This document shows, in pieces, positions 10,424 through 21,675 of a DNA stretch of 64,000 nucleotides. The position numbers and the translations under genes are program-made. Within the stretch, counting starts at the first letter, position 1, and each line of letters begins with the position of its first letter. The notes beneath the pieces are model-generated. The model saw only the letters and a list, made by a program, of their open reading frames with translations, ran no database searches and was not told the DNA's origin. The stretch is from Phycisphaerae bacterium (GTDB taxonomy: Bacteria; Planctomycetota; Phycisphaerae; UBA1845): the NCBI GenBank assembly GCA_963666835.2, contig CAXXGO010000001.1:544001-608000 (forward strand), in the 5' to 3' direction.

Positions 10424-11461
10424 TCACCTGATCTCCTTGCGTCCCACAAGCCGTTGTCCCCGGCGTACTTTGCTGCCGCAGGCATCAAGCCATCTCGTGC
10501 GGACTTCCTGCTCGAGCTCGTCCGAATCCATCTCGGACATCGGTACCGATATCTTCCCGCCGGCGCGATGTAGATGCCCGCCAAAGTGCCCTAATCCACG
10601 CAGGACAGGATTCAGTAGGGTTAGCGAGGTGTGCTTATCGCCTTTTGATCTTGCCGAGAAGAGGAAGTCATCGCCAATCCTGGCCCCACAAAGGACGTAC
10701 TGGAGGCCATCGCACCGGATGAGAAGGTCAGCCATTTCTCCAACAATCTCCGGGGCTGTAATTCGAGGCAGGAAACACACCGCCGAGTCCGCGTAGACCA
10801 GAACGCTGTCCAGGCCGAGCAGCAATTCCTCGTAGTAATACCTAGGAAGCGGCGGATTTTCGATCTCGGAGAGGACGCCATACTCCACGAATCCGGAAAG
10901 CCACCGCAAGGCGGTATGATCCACTCGGGACAGTGCTTTACGGGCGCCGATCATCTCCGTACGAATGGCATACAGAAGGGCAGTAGCGACAGCAGGAGGA
11001 GGCTCGATCCGTTGTTCGCGCATGTATTCCGTCGCGATACTCGCCGAAGCCGTGACCTTGGGGCGCATGTCGCGGAACGGAAGTCGAAAGCCGTCGCTCT
11101 TTGATTCATGATGATCAATGACGGCAACGGGCGCTTTATCCCCGCCAAGCAAATGATTGACAGATGCGGGTGAACAGTCAACCAACACGGTTGCCGTGCG
11201 CACGCCCGGGTCAATCTCCTCGACAAGCTCGATGGGCGGCTGAAGTAACTTGAGGAGCTGGACGTTCTCGGCTCGGAGGACAGGTCCGCGCCCGAGCAGG
11301 CGTACAGGTTTATGCAGCCGGCTGCCCACGAGCAGAAGAAGGGCCCAGCCCGTGGCGATGGCATCCGGATCCGGGTTGTTGTGCATAATCACCATCGTGT
11401 CGTCGTATTCATCGAGGACGCTCAGCAGACGATCGGAACGTTTCCGTTTCTGGCTTGCCAT
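10424..11461 (-). CDS. DHH-family phosphoesterase
   Basis: HNNPDPDA, LVD, VIDHH, GGH motifs. Confidence 0.88.
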   Translation of the reverse strand: MASQKRKRSDRLLSVLDEYDDTMVIMHNNPDPDAIATGWALLLLVGSRLHKPVRLLGRGPVLRAENVQLLKLLQPPIELVEEIDPGVRTATVLVDCSPASVNHLLGGDKAPVAVIDHHESKSDGFRLPFRDMRPKVTASASIATEYMREQRIEPPPAVATALLYAIRTEMIGARKALSRVDHTALRWLSGFVEYGVLSEIENPPLPRYYYEELLLGLDSVLVYADSAVCFLPRITAPEIVGEMADLLIRCDGLQYVLCGARIGDDFLFSARSKGDKHTSLTLLNPVLRGLGHFGGHLHRAGGKISVPMSEMDSDELEQEVRTRWLDACGSKVRRGQRLVGRKEIR

Positions 11462-11544
11462 CACAATCACCTTGGTTCCCAAAGACCGATGCTATCCGCA
11501 CGTCGGCTACGCAAAACTAACCTGGACGAGCGCCCGAAGCATCG

Positions 11545-13020
11545 CTATTGCCCGTCCGGCGGTAAAACGCCTCCCTCGGCGCTTTCACTTATGATGTCCA
11601 ATTTCACATTTACCTCCGTAGGCTGATCGCCCTCTAGCCGCATGTGCTGCGGCACGACCAGCTTGGCTTTGAGCTCCGAGGCAGCAGTGAGTCGGCTGAG
11701 ATCGATCGTCTCCGTGTAGATCTTTGTTGTCGACGACTTGTACGAACGCCAGATGAGCACCTGCACCGTATCGGGTATCACCTTGATTTCCCGTTGCCTC
11801 AGCTCCTTTGGGAGGCGCCCCTCGGTTCGTAGTTCGACAACCACACGTGCTCGCACCCAGGTGTGGACCCCGAATTGGACGATCCGAGGTGCAGACCGAA
11901 ACAGCGCCAGATTCGAGGGGAGCTTGACATGCGACTCGTCGATGACGATCTGCTGTGGCCCCTCCTGGACGTTATTTAGGTCAAGGGACACCTTGAGTGT
12001 GCTGGGCGCCAGCAAGTTGAAGGCACGCTCAAAGCCGGCTAGTGTAATCCGGGCCTCCGTTGGGGCGGAATCGTCGATGTCCATCGTGTCCGGCAGGTTG
12101 CGGTATTCAACGGGTACGACAAACGTCTTCTGAACGGTTTCGGCATCGAAGCTGATGAGACACCAGGCGACGCAAGCCACAAGAACAGCTGCTAGCTTCA
12201 GTCCGAGATTCTGGATAGGTAACCGCTGCCGACCATCGGTCGCTTCACGAGGCCGCACACGCTGCAAAAAACGATCCAGGCGCTGCTTGAGTTCTACGGG
12301 CGAGTCGACTTTCCTGAGTTTTCCGGCCTCTGCGATGCTAACTTCCCCACGTTCTTCCGACACCACGACAACCATCGCGTCACAAAGTTCGGACAGGCCC
12401 ACCGCCGCGCTGTGTCGCGTTCCTCGGACGTTAATCTCCCTTATGTTCTCGGATAGCGGCAAGTGTGCTGCGAACTGAGATATACGATCCTGGTCGATGA
12501 TCACCGCGCCATCATGGCCCATGGAGTGCGGGTCGAAGATGCTGTCGAGCAGCGCCTTACTGATTTGTGCATCGACGGCAACGCTGCCTCGCACGTGTCG
12601 ATCGAGGGCTTCCGTGCCTCGAACGACGAGAAGAGCTCCAGTCTTCTTCTTCGCCAAATCGAACGCGATCTCAACAAGAACGTCTAGATTTTCATCCACT
12701 GTTTGAGTGCGGAATCGGTGGAGATTTCCCAGCAATGCAAGGCGCGCAAAGGACCTGCGCAGATCTTGCTGGAACACCACAATTGCGGCGATCGCGGCGA
12801 AGGCCAGGCCCGCCTGGAATATGGCGGTAGTCATGTAGAGATCAAACGCCCGCGCCAAAAGGTACACGATGGTGAGCACGCCGATGCCGACCAAAATCTG
12901 TCGGGATGCGGTCGACTTGAACCACATGAAGAAGGCGTAGATTAACAACGAAACCAGCGCGATGTCCGCCGCATCGGCGAGCCGGAATGTTCGCTGCAAT
13001 TGCTCAAGGATCGACATCAT
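11545..13020 (-). CDS. Membrane diadenylate cyclase (CdaA-like) fused to YbbR-like domains
   Basis: Three TM helices, VVFQQDLRR, HDGAV, GTRHSAA, VVVSEE, then a TM helix and a beta-rich C-terminal region. Confidence 0.88.
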   Translation of the reverse strand: MMSILEQLQRTFRLADAADIALVSLLIYAFFMWFKSTASRQILVGIGVLTIVYLLARAFDLYMTTAIFQAGLAFAAIAAIVVFQQDLRRSFARLALLGNLHRFRTQTVDENLDVLVEIAFDLAKKKTGALLVVRGTEALDRHVRGSVAVDAQISKALLDSIFDPHSMGHDGAVIIDQDRISQFAAHLPLSENIREINVRGTRHSAAVGLSELCDAMVVVVSEERGEVSIAEAGKLRKVDSPVELKQRLDRFLQRVRPREATDGRQRLPIQNLGLKLAAVLVACVAWCLISFDAETVQKTFVVPVEYRNLPDTMDIDDSAPTEARITLAGFERAFNLLAPSTLKVSLDLNNVQEGPQQIVIDESHVKLPSNLALFRSAPRIVQFGVHTWVRARVVVELRTEGRLPKELRQREIKVIPDTVQVLIWRSYKSSTTKIYTETIDLSRLTAASELKAKLVVPQHMRLEGDQPTEVNVKLDIISESAEGGVLPPDGQ

Positions 13021-13114
13021 GTTCTGACCTCATCTGCAACCGAACCTGGAATGCCTGGTGTCGGCGGGCAGCCCATCGGCGTCAAGCAGACTGTCGATAC
13101 AGCTCCGAGGTTCG

Positions 13115-14170
13115 TCACTGGTCCTTGCCCTGCTCTTTCGTTCGGTGAATCCGTCCGGCTGCGCCTCGACGCGCGAGTGCCTGCATGTCTTCTGCCAAAT
13201 CCGTTTCATCGACGATCTCTCTGCCGATGAGCGACTCGATTACATCCTCCAGGGTGACAATGCCGGCGAGGCCGCCGTACTCGTCGACTACGCCGAAAAT
13301 GTGTTGCCGCTGCTTTATGAACTCGTTGAGTAAGAGGTGTCCTGGTGCGCTTTCCGGAACGAAATGAAGCGGCTTGCACAGAGTCTCCGCCGCCGCGTCG
13401 AATTGATCTGCGGCAAGCTGCCCGACGACGTCGTCCTTGAGCACAAAGCCGATCCACTTCTCGGGATCATCGCTGTCAAAAACAGGGACACGCGTATGTT
13501 GCCAGGCGGGGGCAATATCTCTCAGCTCTCCGACGGTCGTCCGTGAAGAAGTACGGGTGACCACCGTGCGGGGTGTCATGATGTCTTTGGCGGTAACGTC
13601 GTTGAGTTGCAGGACATTGTTGATCAGTTCCGCCTCGGACGGCAGTATGCTGCCCTCCTCCGCACTTATTGCCGCGAAATGCCACACTTCCTCCTCCGAC
13701 GCGATCTGCGGTGCCTCGTTGGGTTGAAAGACGCGCGCTACGCGCTGACTCAGCCAAACGAGCGGAAACAGCCCCTTTATCACCGCGTCAAGGGGGTGGC
13801 TGAGCGCTCGTGCAATCGGTCGACTGAACGCGACGCCGGCCACCTTGGGAATAATCTCGGAAAGAAACAACACGGCGATCGTGAAACTCGCTGCGAACCA
13901 GATCACGGATGCGTCACCGAAGAGGTACCTCGCCTGCGCCCCTGCGACCGCCGCGCCCGCCGTATTCGCGACGGTGTTGAGTATGAGGATGGCCGTGATT
14001 GGCCGCTCCATGTTCTTCTTGAACTTCTCGAGCAGCGTGCCCGCGGCATGTCCGCCTTCGACGAGCTGGCGAACATACGGCATTCTGACCGCGTACAATG
14101 CGGCCTCGCTCAGCGAACACAGGGCGGAGACGACCAAGACAACAATGATTGAGGTGATGAGAATTGTCAC
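13115..14170 (-). CDS. CNNM/DUF21-CBS protein
   Basis: ILILNTVAN, SEIIPK, IMTPRT, VVDEYGG..TLEDVIE; GTG start with RBS. Confidence 0.9.
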   Translation of the reverse strand: MTILITSIIVVLVVSALCSLSEAALYAVRMPYVRQLVEGGHAAGTLLEKFKKNMERPITAILILNTVANTAGAAVAGAQARYLFGDASVIWFAASFTIAVLFLSEIIPKVAGVAFSRPIARALSHPLDAVIKGLFPLVWLSQRVARVFQPNEAPQIASEEEVWHFAAISAEEGSILPSEAELINNVLQLNDVTAKDIMTPRTVVTRTSSRTTVGELRDIAPAWQHTRVPVFDSDDPEKWIGFVLKDDVVGQLAADQFDAAAETLCKPLHFVPESAPGHLLLNEFIKQRQHIFGVVDEYGGLAGIVTLEDVIESLIGREIVDETDLAEDMQALARRGAAGRIHRTKEQGKDQ

Positions 14171-15052
14171 CGTCCTTCTCCTCCACGACTCCGGATCATT
14201 CCGTTGTTCTTCTTGCGGGTCGTAAGACCGCGAGTCAGCGTCCGATCTAACATCGTGCGATCGGTGAGGTAGACAGCCGGGGTTGGCAGATGGCGGGTCG
14301 TGGGGGCAACCGCCGCCACCAGACCGGCGATCGTGTTCGAGGCACCCGCGGGGGCCTGGGCCGCGACGAACACGCCCCAGGTTGGCGCGCCCATGATCTG
14401 GCGGCACGCCCGGTCGTACAGCAAGGATCGGGACCCGACCTCACCTCGACCTTCCAGAATCCGATCTTCGGGTTGCATGCCGCCCATCATCGCAAAGACA
14501 CCGTTCCGGCCGCCCAGAGCTGAACCTGGCTGACGCTCCGGGAGCCCTGGATTAGACCCGTGAGGGGGGCGGCTGGCAACGTGGGTCGTCCCGATTCGCG
14601 GCTCGTGGGGTCCCTCCGGCCGCTGCAGGTGACGGTCTCCGCGCTCTGATTGCCGATTACCTTATGAGGCAGCGTCGATTGCGTATTGGCGGGCTCTCAG
14701 GCTGATCGCGGGCTACGTCAGAGGCTCGAGATGCCGCGCGTGAGGAGGATCGTGCTCAAAGCATGGGCATCCCTGGATCCAGGAGCCCGCCCTGCCCCAG
14801 GCGTCGGGGCCTCTGTACAATCGGGTCAGGCTCAAGATCCAGGGCTTGAGATTCGGGACAGCCCCACTATGACTCGCACGGTTCGACGCGGCGGGGAGTC
14901 GGATGAGAAAGCCGTCAGCCAGCGGGGCCCGTAATCAGGCGCGATTGGGGGCAGCCGGCGTTGCTCGTTTTCGAGCATAGACGCACATTAGGGCGGCTGC
15001 GATCGGTTGGCCACGTGACCGCGTCGCAGGTTCAGTGCGTTGGGAGGCCCAT

Positions 15053-15705
15053 ATGTCGAAGTTCCGCGTTGCACACTTGTCGTTGTTCGTTGCCATCCAA
15101 CTGGCGATCTTGGCTGGGTTTGTGCTGGCCATTGTCGAGCGGCACTGGCTCGACGCATTCGCGGTGGCCTGCATCATGTTGTTGACTCTCTTGCCGGCTC
15201 TCCTCCAACGACGATTCCACGTCTTGATCCCGCCGGAGTTCGAGTTGCTGGTCATCATTTTTGTCTTCGCTTCGCTGTTCCTCGGTGAAGTCCGGGGCTA
15301 CTACCTGCGCTTCTGGTGGTGGGACTTGGTACTGCACGCCGGCTCTGCCCTGCTTCTCGGCATGCTCGGCTTCATGCTGGTGTATGTGCTGAACGAGGAG
15401 CGCCGAATCCAGCTTCACATGAGACCGGGGTTTGTGGCGTTCTTCTCATTCACGTTTTCCCTGGGGGTCGGCGCCCTTTGTGGGAGATCTTCGAGTTCGG
15501 AATGGATGGCATCTTCGGCCTGAACATGCAAAAGAGCGGTCTCGTCGACACGATGTGGGACCTGATTGTCGATGCTGCCGGCGCGCTAATCGTCGCGCTG
15601 CTGGGCTATGTCTGGATAAGGAGCGGCACGGAGTCCTTCGTATCGCGCTGGATCGCCAAATTTGTGCAAGCCAACCCTCAGTTCTTCGAGCGCCGTAAGC
15701 GATGA
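15053..15705 (+). pseudogene. Membrane protein, frameshifted near 15480
   Basis: WWWDLVLH in one frame continues as WEIFEF..DTMWDL in another. Confidence 0.7.
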
Positions 15706-15958
15706 GCCAAGCCCTTGGGTTGAGCCTCGTCTCGACCAGCTGGGTCCTCGCTTGCTTGAGCAGGTCCCGGTCCCTTTTCGGTCGGCAGCGACAGGACCAG
15801 TTGCTGTTCAGCCGCGGTCAGAACGCCCAGGACGGAAACCATGACGAGGTGGGGAATCAAGTATACCTGGATATTCTCGTGCTCTGGCACATAAACTTGT
15901 GTTCAAAACGCCTGATGCCCTCGCATACGGCGGCCTCGATCTCTCCCTGTGTTTTCAT
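15678..15958 (-). pseudogene. DUF2294/MpsC-family gene (type A), frameshifted and degraded
   Basis: MKTQGEIEAAVCEGIRRFE, then GVLTAAEQQLV in another frame; paralogue of 43212-43592. Confidence 0.8.
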
Positions 15959-16144
15959 TGTGACCCCGCACGTGTCCTGCCCAGCGGTTGACGCGTTGCC
16001 AGGCCGAGACGGCGACTCCGCCACACCCGAAACCCTCGCCTGTCGGCTCCTTGCACGACAGGACGTCGAACCATGGACGCAGAATCTACCTACCTTTCCA
16101 AGAATCTGGCTACCGCTGGCGAGGCGAGGACGTATAATATAGCA

Positions 16145-16296
16145 GTGAGCGGGGTCGCGGCGTACCATGCGGCGGGTCCGACCGCTGTTCTCGGATGACT
16201 TAATGAAGGGCAACCCGGCGCTGCCGGGTGGCCCGTTGAAGAGTAAGCCGACGTGGTTGAGCACTTACGGGTGCTTGGCCGCGTCGGCTTTTTTTT
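16145..16296 (+). ncRNA. Conserved structured leader with terminator, copy 2 (ahead of groEL)
   Basis: Same core; TATAAT at 16133-16138; terminator 16245-16296. Confidence 0.8.
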
Positions 16297-16360
16297 CGCC
16301 TGCGGTGGGGCGTGAGATGGCCGCCACCGCCGGAGACGAACGCACTGCGGAGAGAACTAC

Positions 16361-17980
16361 ATGCCGCCAAAGACGATTGCATATGCTGACCGAGGCCGAG
16401 AGGTGATCCGGCGCGGCGTGAGGCAACTTGCCCGCGCAGTGAAAGGAACCCTGGGCCCGCGCGGACGAAACGTCATGTTCAATAAGGGCTTCGGCCCACC
16501 GCTGATCACGCGCGACGGCGCGACCGTCGCCAAGCAGATCGATCTGCCCGACCCCATGGAGAACATCGGGGCCCAGATGATCAAGGAGGTGGCCAGGAAG
16601 ACAGCCAAAGACGCAGGCGACGGAACAACCACCGCCACGATCTACGCTGAAGCGATCTTCGAGGAAGGGCTGAAGAACATCACCGCCGGAGCAGAGGCCA
16701 TGGAAGTGCGGCGGGGTATCGAGCGCGCCGTCGCTGCGGTGGTAGAGGCTCTCAAGAACATGTCGGTGGATATTAAGAGCACCGACCAGATGGTGCGGGT
16801 CGCGACCTGTGCGGCCAACCACGATGAGAACGTCGGGCGTATCGTCGCCGAAGCCATGGAGTCAATCGGCCGCATAGGTGTTCCTACGATCGAGGAGGGT
16901 CAAAGTCTCGACATTACTGTCGAGCGTGTCGACGGCCTCCAATTCGATAAGGGTTTCCTATCGCCCTACTTCATCAACGAGGCCGCTAAGGGGCAGTGCT
17001 GCCTGGAGAAGCCGTACATCTTGGTCCACGAGAAGAAGATCTCCTCGGCAAAGGACTTCCTCCCCCTGTTGGAAGAAATAGCACAGAGTGGGAGGCCATT
17101 GTTGGTGATCGCGGAGGATGTCGACGGGGAGGCCCTCACAACGCTGGTCGTCAATCAGCTTCGAGGGACCTTGCAGTCTGCCGCAGTCAAGGCTCCCGGC
17201 TTCGGCGATCGGCGAGGGGCGATGATGGAGGACATCGCGATTATGACCGGTGCCCGGGCTTTGTTGGAAAGTCTGGGCACCAAGCTGGAGAACGTTTCCC
17301 TCGCGGACCTCGGGCAAGCCGAGAAGGTGATCATCGAGAAGGAGCAAACCACGATCATAGGCGGCTCCGGCTCGAAGGACAGCGTCGACGCGCGGATTGC
17401 TCAAACCAAGAAGGAGATGGACCTAACCACGTCCGACTATGACCGCGAGCAGCTCGAAAAGCGTTTGGCCAAGCTGACCGGAGGAATCGCGCGGATCAAG
17501 GTCGGCGGCGCCACCGAACTTGAGGTCAACCACCGTAAGGAGTTGATTGAGGACGCGCTTCAGGCCTGCCGCGCCGCGCTCGAGGAGGGTGTACTCCCGG
17601 GAGGAGGCGTCGCGGTGCTGCGCTGCCTTCCCGCGTTGGACAAGATGCGCAAGACGTTGATCGGAGATCAGAGAATCGGCTCCGATATCGTCAGCCGAGC
17701 CCTTCGAAGCCCGATCAAGCAAATCGCCAAGAATGCCGGGCAGGACGGTTCAATCGTCCTCAACAAGGTGCTCTCGTCTGATAGCGCAAGCTTCGGATAC
17801 AACGCGCTCACCGACAAGTACGGCGACCTCGTGGCGATGGGTGTGATCGTGCCGACCAAGGTGGAGCGGGTAGCGTTGCAGAATGCCTCCTCAGTTGCGG
17901 CGCTCCTGCTGACGACAGACGCCGTGATATGCGAGATCAAGAAGGGAGAGAGCCAAGATCCGTCGCGCAACTCCTCTTAG
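16361..17980 (+). CDS. groEL: Chaperonin GroEL
   Basis: TLGPRGRNV, GDGTTTAT, KAPGFGDRR. Confidence 0.97.
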   Translation: MPPKTIAYADRGREVIRRGVRQLARAVKGTLGPRGRNVMFNKGFGPPLITRDGATVAKQIDLPDPMENIGAQMIKEVARKTAKDAGDGTTTATIYAEAIFEEGLKNITAGAEAMEVRRGIERAVAAVVEALKNMSVDIKSTDQMVRVATCAANHDENVGRIVAEAMESIGRIGVPTIEEGQSLDITVERVDGLQFDKGFLSPYFINEAAKGQCCLEKPYILVHEKKISSAKDFLPLLEEIAQSGRPLLVIAEDVDGEALTTLVVNQLRGTLQSAAVKAPGFGDRRGAMMEDIAIMTGARALLESLGTKLENVSLADLGQAEKVIIEKEQTTIIGGSGSKDSVDARIAQTKKEMDLTTSDYDREQLEKRLAKLTGGIARIKVGGATELEVNHRKELIEDALQACRAALEEGVLPGGGVAVLRCLPALDKMRKTLIGDQRIGSDIVSRALRSPIKQIAKNAGQDGSIVLNKVLSSDSASFGYNALTDKYGDLVAMGVIVPTKVERVALQNASSVAALLLTTDAVICEIKKGESQDPSRNSS

Positions 17981-18009
17981 TCGAGACGGCACAACAGGAG
18001 GAATGGACG

Positions 18010-19188
18010 ATGTCAATGAAAATCGCATTGTTGTCCTGGGAATCGCTGCACTCTATTGCTGTCGGCGGGCTGGCACCGCACGTGTCGGAACTGGCGGCGG
18101 CCCTGCAGCGACGCGGACACGAAGTCCACGTATTCACGCGCATCGGGCCCAGGCAGCTTGGGTATGAGAACATCTTGGGTGTCCACTACCACCGATGCCC
18201 GTACCAGACACACGATGATTTCCTTACCGAGAACGAGCGGATGTGCAACAGCTTTGTCTGGCATCTGGCTGAGACCGAAGCCTTTCTGAACAGGCCGTTT
18301 GACGTCGTGCATGGACACGACTGGCTCAGTGTTCGAGCAGTGGCGCAGGCGAAGAACCGACACCATCGGCCGGTGGTTATGACCGTTCATGCCACAGAGT
18401 TCGGCCGGTGCGGAAACCGGCTGTTCGACGGCCCTTCCCGGCGAATCCGAGAGATCGAATGGGAGGGAATATACCTGGCGGACCGTGTGATCTGCGTCTC
18501 GGGCGTGTTGCGAAAGGAAATCCACCAGCTCTACAACGTACCGCTGGACAAGATGGATGTGGTTTACAACGGCGTCGACGTGGATCGCTTCGACAACCGG
18601 GTCAACGGCCAGGCCACTCGTCGCCGGTGTGAAGTGGGCGTCGACGATCCCACGATCCTTTTCGCCGGCCGTTTGACCTCACAGAAAGGCCCCGACCTGC
18701 TGCTGGATGCGCTGCCTAAGCTGCGCAAGCAACACCGGCGGGCCAGATTCCTGTTTGCCGGCGACGGAGACATGCGGGATGGACTTGAGCAGCGCGCCCG
18801 TAAACTCGGGGTTACTGCAGCCGTGCGGTTCCTTGGACATCAAACAGGCCGCGACCTTCTGGGCCTGTTCAAGACTGCGGATATGGTATGCGTTCCCAGT
18901 CGCAATGAACCCTTTGGCATTGTGATCCTCGAGGCCTGGAGCGCCCGCAAGCCGGTGGTGGCGACACGGAACGGCGGCCCGGCGGAATTCATCCGGAACG
19001 AAGACACCGGCGTGACCGTGGCCGCATATCATGCGTCAATCGGCGAAGGGGTCGATGTGGTCCTTTCGGATAGGACATACGGGCGCCGCCTCGGGCGCAA
19101 CGGTCGACGCGAGGCGGAGTCACGGTTCACTTGGGAAGTGATCGCAGGTCAGACCGAGGAGGTCTACCAGAGTGTTCTACAGCGCTAG
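18010..19188 (+). CDS. Glycosyltransferase family 4
   Basis: VGGL, HGHDW, EPFGIVILEAW. Confidence 0.92.
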   Translation: MSMKIALLSWESLHSIAVGGLAPHVSELAAALQRRGHEVHVFTRIGPRQLGYENILGVHYHRCPYQTHDDFLTENERMCNSFVWHLAETEAFLNRPFDVVHGHDWLSVRAVAQAKNRHHRPVVMTVHATEFGRCGNRLFDGPSRRIREIEWEGIYLADRVICVSGVLRKEIHQLYNVPLDKMDVVYNGVDVDRFDNRVNGQATRRRCEVGVDDPTILFAGRLTSQKGPDLLLDALPKLRKQHRRARFLFAGDGDMRDGLEQRARKLGVTAAVRFLGHQTGRDLLGLFKTADMVCVPSRNEPFGIVILEAWSARKPVVATRNGGPAEFIRNEDTGVTVAAYHASIGEGVDVVLSDRTYGRRLGRNGRREAESRFTWEVIAGQTEEVYQSVLQR

Positions 19189-19238
19189 ATCGGCTGATTA
19201 AGCGCTTCCAATGGAGTATTCGACAGGAGCAAAACGAC

Positions 19239-19430
19239 ATGACTGCACAAGCGAGGAAAACCACGCCGCGGAGCACCGAGAGGCGAACATCGAAGCCATC
19301 GTCAGTCTCCGAGATCTCGGATGAGCAGGTTCGAGTCCGGGCGTACGAGATCTATCTGGCCCGGGGTCCTCAATCAGGCGACCACACCTCCGACTGGCTT
19401 CAGGCTGAGCGTGAGCTGCGCCCCACGTGA
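19239..19430 (+). CDS. DUF2934-like small protein
   Basis: RVRAYEIY..DWLQAEREL; AGGAG RBS. Confidence 0.8.
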   Translation: MTAQARKTTPRSTERRTSKPSSVSEISDEQVRVRAYEIYLARGPQSGDHTSDWLQAERELRPT

Positions 19431-19521
19431 AACCTGCCGCCAGTGGGTGAGCGCTTGGGTTGCCGGATACTCTAACATGGTGCAAGGCTCACGAAAGGCC
19501 ATCAAAGCAGCATAAGAGGCA

Positions 19522-20505
19522 ATGCAGAGTATGTTAACTTGCTTCGCACGAATGCCGGATGGGTCGTTTGAGCACCACGACTCTCTCGACGCCGTTTGTA
19601 GACTTGCCACCGAGTGCGATTCCTCGTTATGGATCGACCTTGAGGCCCCCGACGGGGACCTTCTGCAGAGGGTTGGAGGTCTCTTCAATGTAACGCCTGA
19701 AGCACTGGAAGACTGTATCCACGGTGAGCAAATGCCGCGCATCGACGAATATGAGGATCACGTTCTTCTCATGCTGTACGGGTTCCCTGCGGGCATTGCA
19801 GAGGGACACTTTGAGCCCAAGAAGCTCGCCGTCTTCTGTGGATCGCGTTTCCTCCTGTCAGTGCACCAGGACCGCCTCCAGACAATCGAGGATGTCCGCA
19901 CGCGCTGCAACCGCCACCCGCAGCAGTGGTTCGGCCGGGGCGTCGATCTCCTACTGTACAGCGTTGTTGATGGTATGGCCGACAGATACGCCATGCTCGT
20001 TGAGGAGCTCGAAACGCGTCTCGATCAACTGGAGGACCGATCGTTCACGTCCGCTCTCGCTGACAACTTTCTCACCGAGCTTTCGCAGCTTCGCCGAGAT
20101 CTCCTGGAGGTGCGCCATATCGCTGCATCCCAGCGCGACGTTGTTGCTCCAATAGCCAAGGGTGAATGTGATTACGTCAACACTGACCTCGAAACACGTT
20201 TCTCGCACGTGCGCGACCACTTGACTCAAGTGGTCGAGCATATCGAGCTGCTGCGAGAGTTGCTCAATGGGGCGCGCGACAACTATCACGCTCTTATTGC
20301 GGATCGTCTGGCGGATACCGTCAAGACGCTTACCGTCTTCGCCTCGGTCATCCTGCCCGTGTCCTTGGTGGCAGGGATATATGGCATGAATCTGCCGAGC
20401 TGGCCACCGTCCGGTGAGGCGTGGAGTTTCTGGGTAGTGCTCGGTGCCATGGGCGGAATCGCCGCAGCGTTGTTGGCGTACTTCCGCTCGCGTCGGTGGA
20501 TCTGA
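19522..20505 (+). CDS. corA: CorA-family Mg2+ transporter
   Basis: WIDL and YGMN motifs with two C-terminal TM helices. Confidence 0.92.
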   Translation: MQSMLTCFARMPDGSFEHHDSLDAVCRLATECDSSLWIDLEAPDGDLLQRVGGLFNVTPEALEDCIHGEQMPRIDEYEDHVLLMLYGFPAGIAEGHFEPKKLAVFCGSRFLLSVHQDRLQTIEDVRTRCNRHPQQWFGRGVDLLLYSVVDGMADRYAMLVEELETRLDQLEDRSFTSALADNFLTELSQLRRDLLEVRHIAASQRDVVAPIAKGECDYVNTDLETRFSHVRDHLTQVVEHIELLRELLNGARDNYHALIADRLADTVKTLTVFASVILPVSLVAGIYGMNLPSWPPSGEAWSFWVVLGAMGGIAAALLAYFRSRRWI

Positions 20506-20548
20506 ATCAGAATAAAAGAGAAAGGCAAGATCGCCTCCCCCGGAAAGA

Positions 20549-21478
20549 GTGAATGCGATGGACAGTCTCAAGAACATTGTGGTTGGAGTCGATTTCTCGG
20601 CCGGATCGCGTGCCGCCCTCGCGCAAGCAGTACGCATGGCTCATTGGAACCAGGCGACACTTCACGTCGTTCACGTGATCGACGAGGACCTTGTTACGCG
20701 TGTGCAGGAGACAATGGATTCTCTGAAGATCCCTAGCCATCAACGACAGACGACAAATGACGTGTGCGAAGCCGCGCAGCGCAGTCTCGAGGATCTGGTG
20801 GCTGGGTCCGAGGCACAGGATATTTCTCTGAAACACGATGCGATACTGGGCAATCCCTTTCGAGAGATCCTGCGGCGAGTAAACGATGTAACGGCCGACG
20901 TGCTCTTGCTGGGGGCGAAGGGCCAGTCCGGCCCCGGTCCGGGCGCAGGCGTCCTCGCAGCTAAGTGCGTGCGCAAGGCGGCCAGTAAGGTCCTGCTGGT
21001 TCCGGAGGGCCTGCAGGAGCCCTTCAAGACTATCGTTGCGTGCGTCGACTTCTCGACCATGTCGCAGCTGGTTGTGGATCAAGCCGTCCGCTTGGCTCAG
21101 CAGGACCGCGCGGCGCTCCACATCCTTCACGTGTTCTCAAAGCCGTGGGAGGCGTGGCACTATCTTGAACTATCATCGTATGACTCAGACATACACGAGC
21201 GGGCCCTTCGGAATCGGCTGGAGGACGTTTTGAGGACCTCTGACGTCGAAACGGGCGAACTTAAGATCGACTTGCACGCGCTCGAGCACAGTCGAGATGC
21301 ATCAGGAATCATCCAGTTCGCCCGCCAACATCAAGCGGACTTGGTGGTTGTGGGCACCCACGGAAGAACCGGCTTGCGGGCCTTTCTGATGGGAACGGTG
21401 GCGGAGCGAATTGTCCGTGACGCCCCGTGCGGCGTCCTGGCCATAAAACCCGACGACTTCGAGTACAGCGTTGACTAA
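20549..21478 (+). CDS. Tandem universal stress protein
   Basis: Two VDFS-type domains; GTHGRTG..GTVAERIVR. Confidence 0.92.
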   Translation: MNAMDSLKNIVVGVDFSAGSRAALAQAVRMAHWNQATLHVVHVIDEDLVTRVQETMDSLKIPSHQRQTTNDVCEAAQRSLEDLVAGSEAQDISLKHDAILGNPFREILRRVNDVTADVLLLGAKGQSGPGPGAGVLAAKCVRKAASKVLLVPEGLQEPFKTIVACVDFSTMSQLVVDQAVRLAQQDRAALHILHVFSKPWEAWHYLELSSYDSDIHERALRNRLEDVLRTSDVETGELKIDLHALEHSRDASGIIQFARQHQADLVVVGTHGRTGLRAFLMGTVAERIVRDAPCGVLAIKPDDFEYSVD

Positions 21479-21675
21479 CGGGATCGCCATGCTGAGTTCG
21501 GCTGATCTATCGGCGACCGACCGACTGGCGAGAGTCTCCATGCTTGAGCAGAGGCGCATCCGTTCGCCTCTGCGGTGGTTCCGCGGGCAACGGGCGCGCG
21601 GTTCATGCCCCGCCGGAGGCACGGCCCGTTTGCCTGTTTACCCTGGCCAATACGATCGTAGAAAGCGTACGTGCC

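Noticed and set aside
16297..16360. CIRCE operator before groEL
   Set aside because: No TTAGCACTC-N9-GAGTGCTAA is visible.
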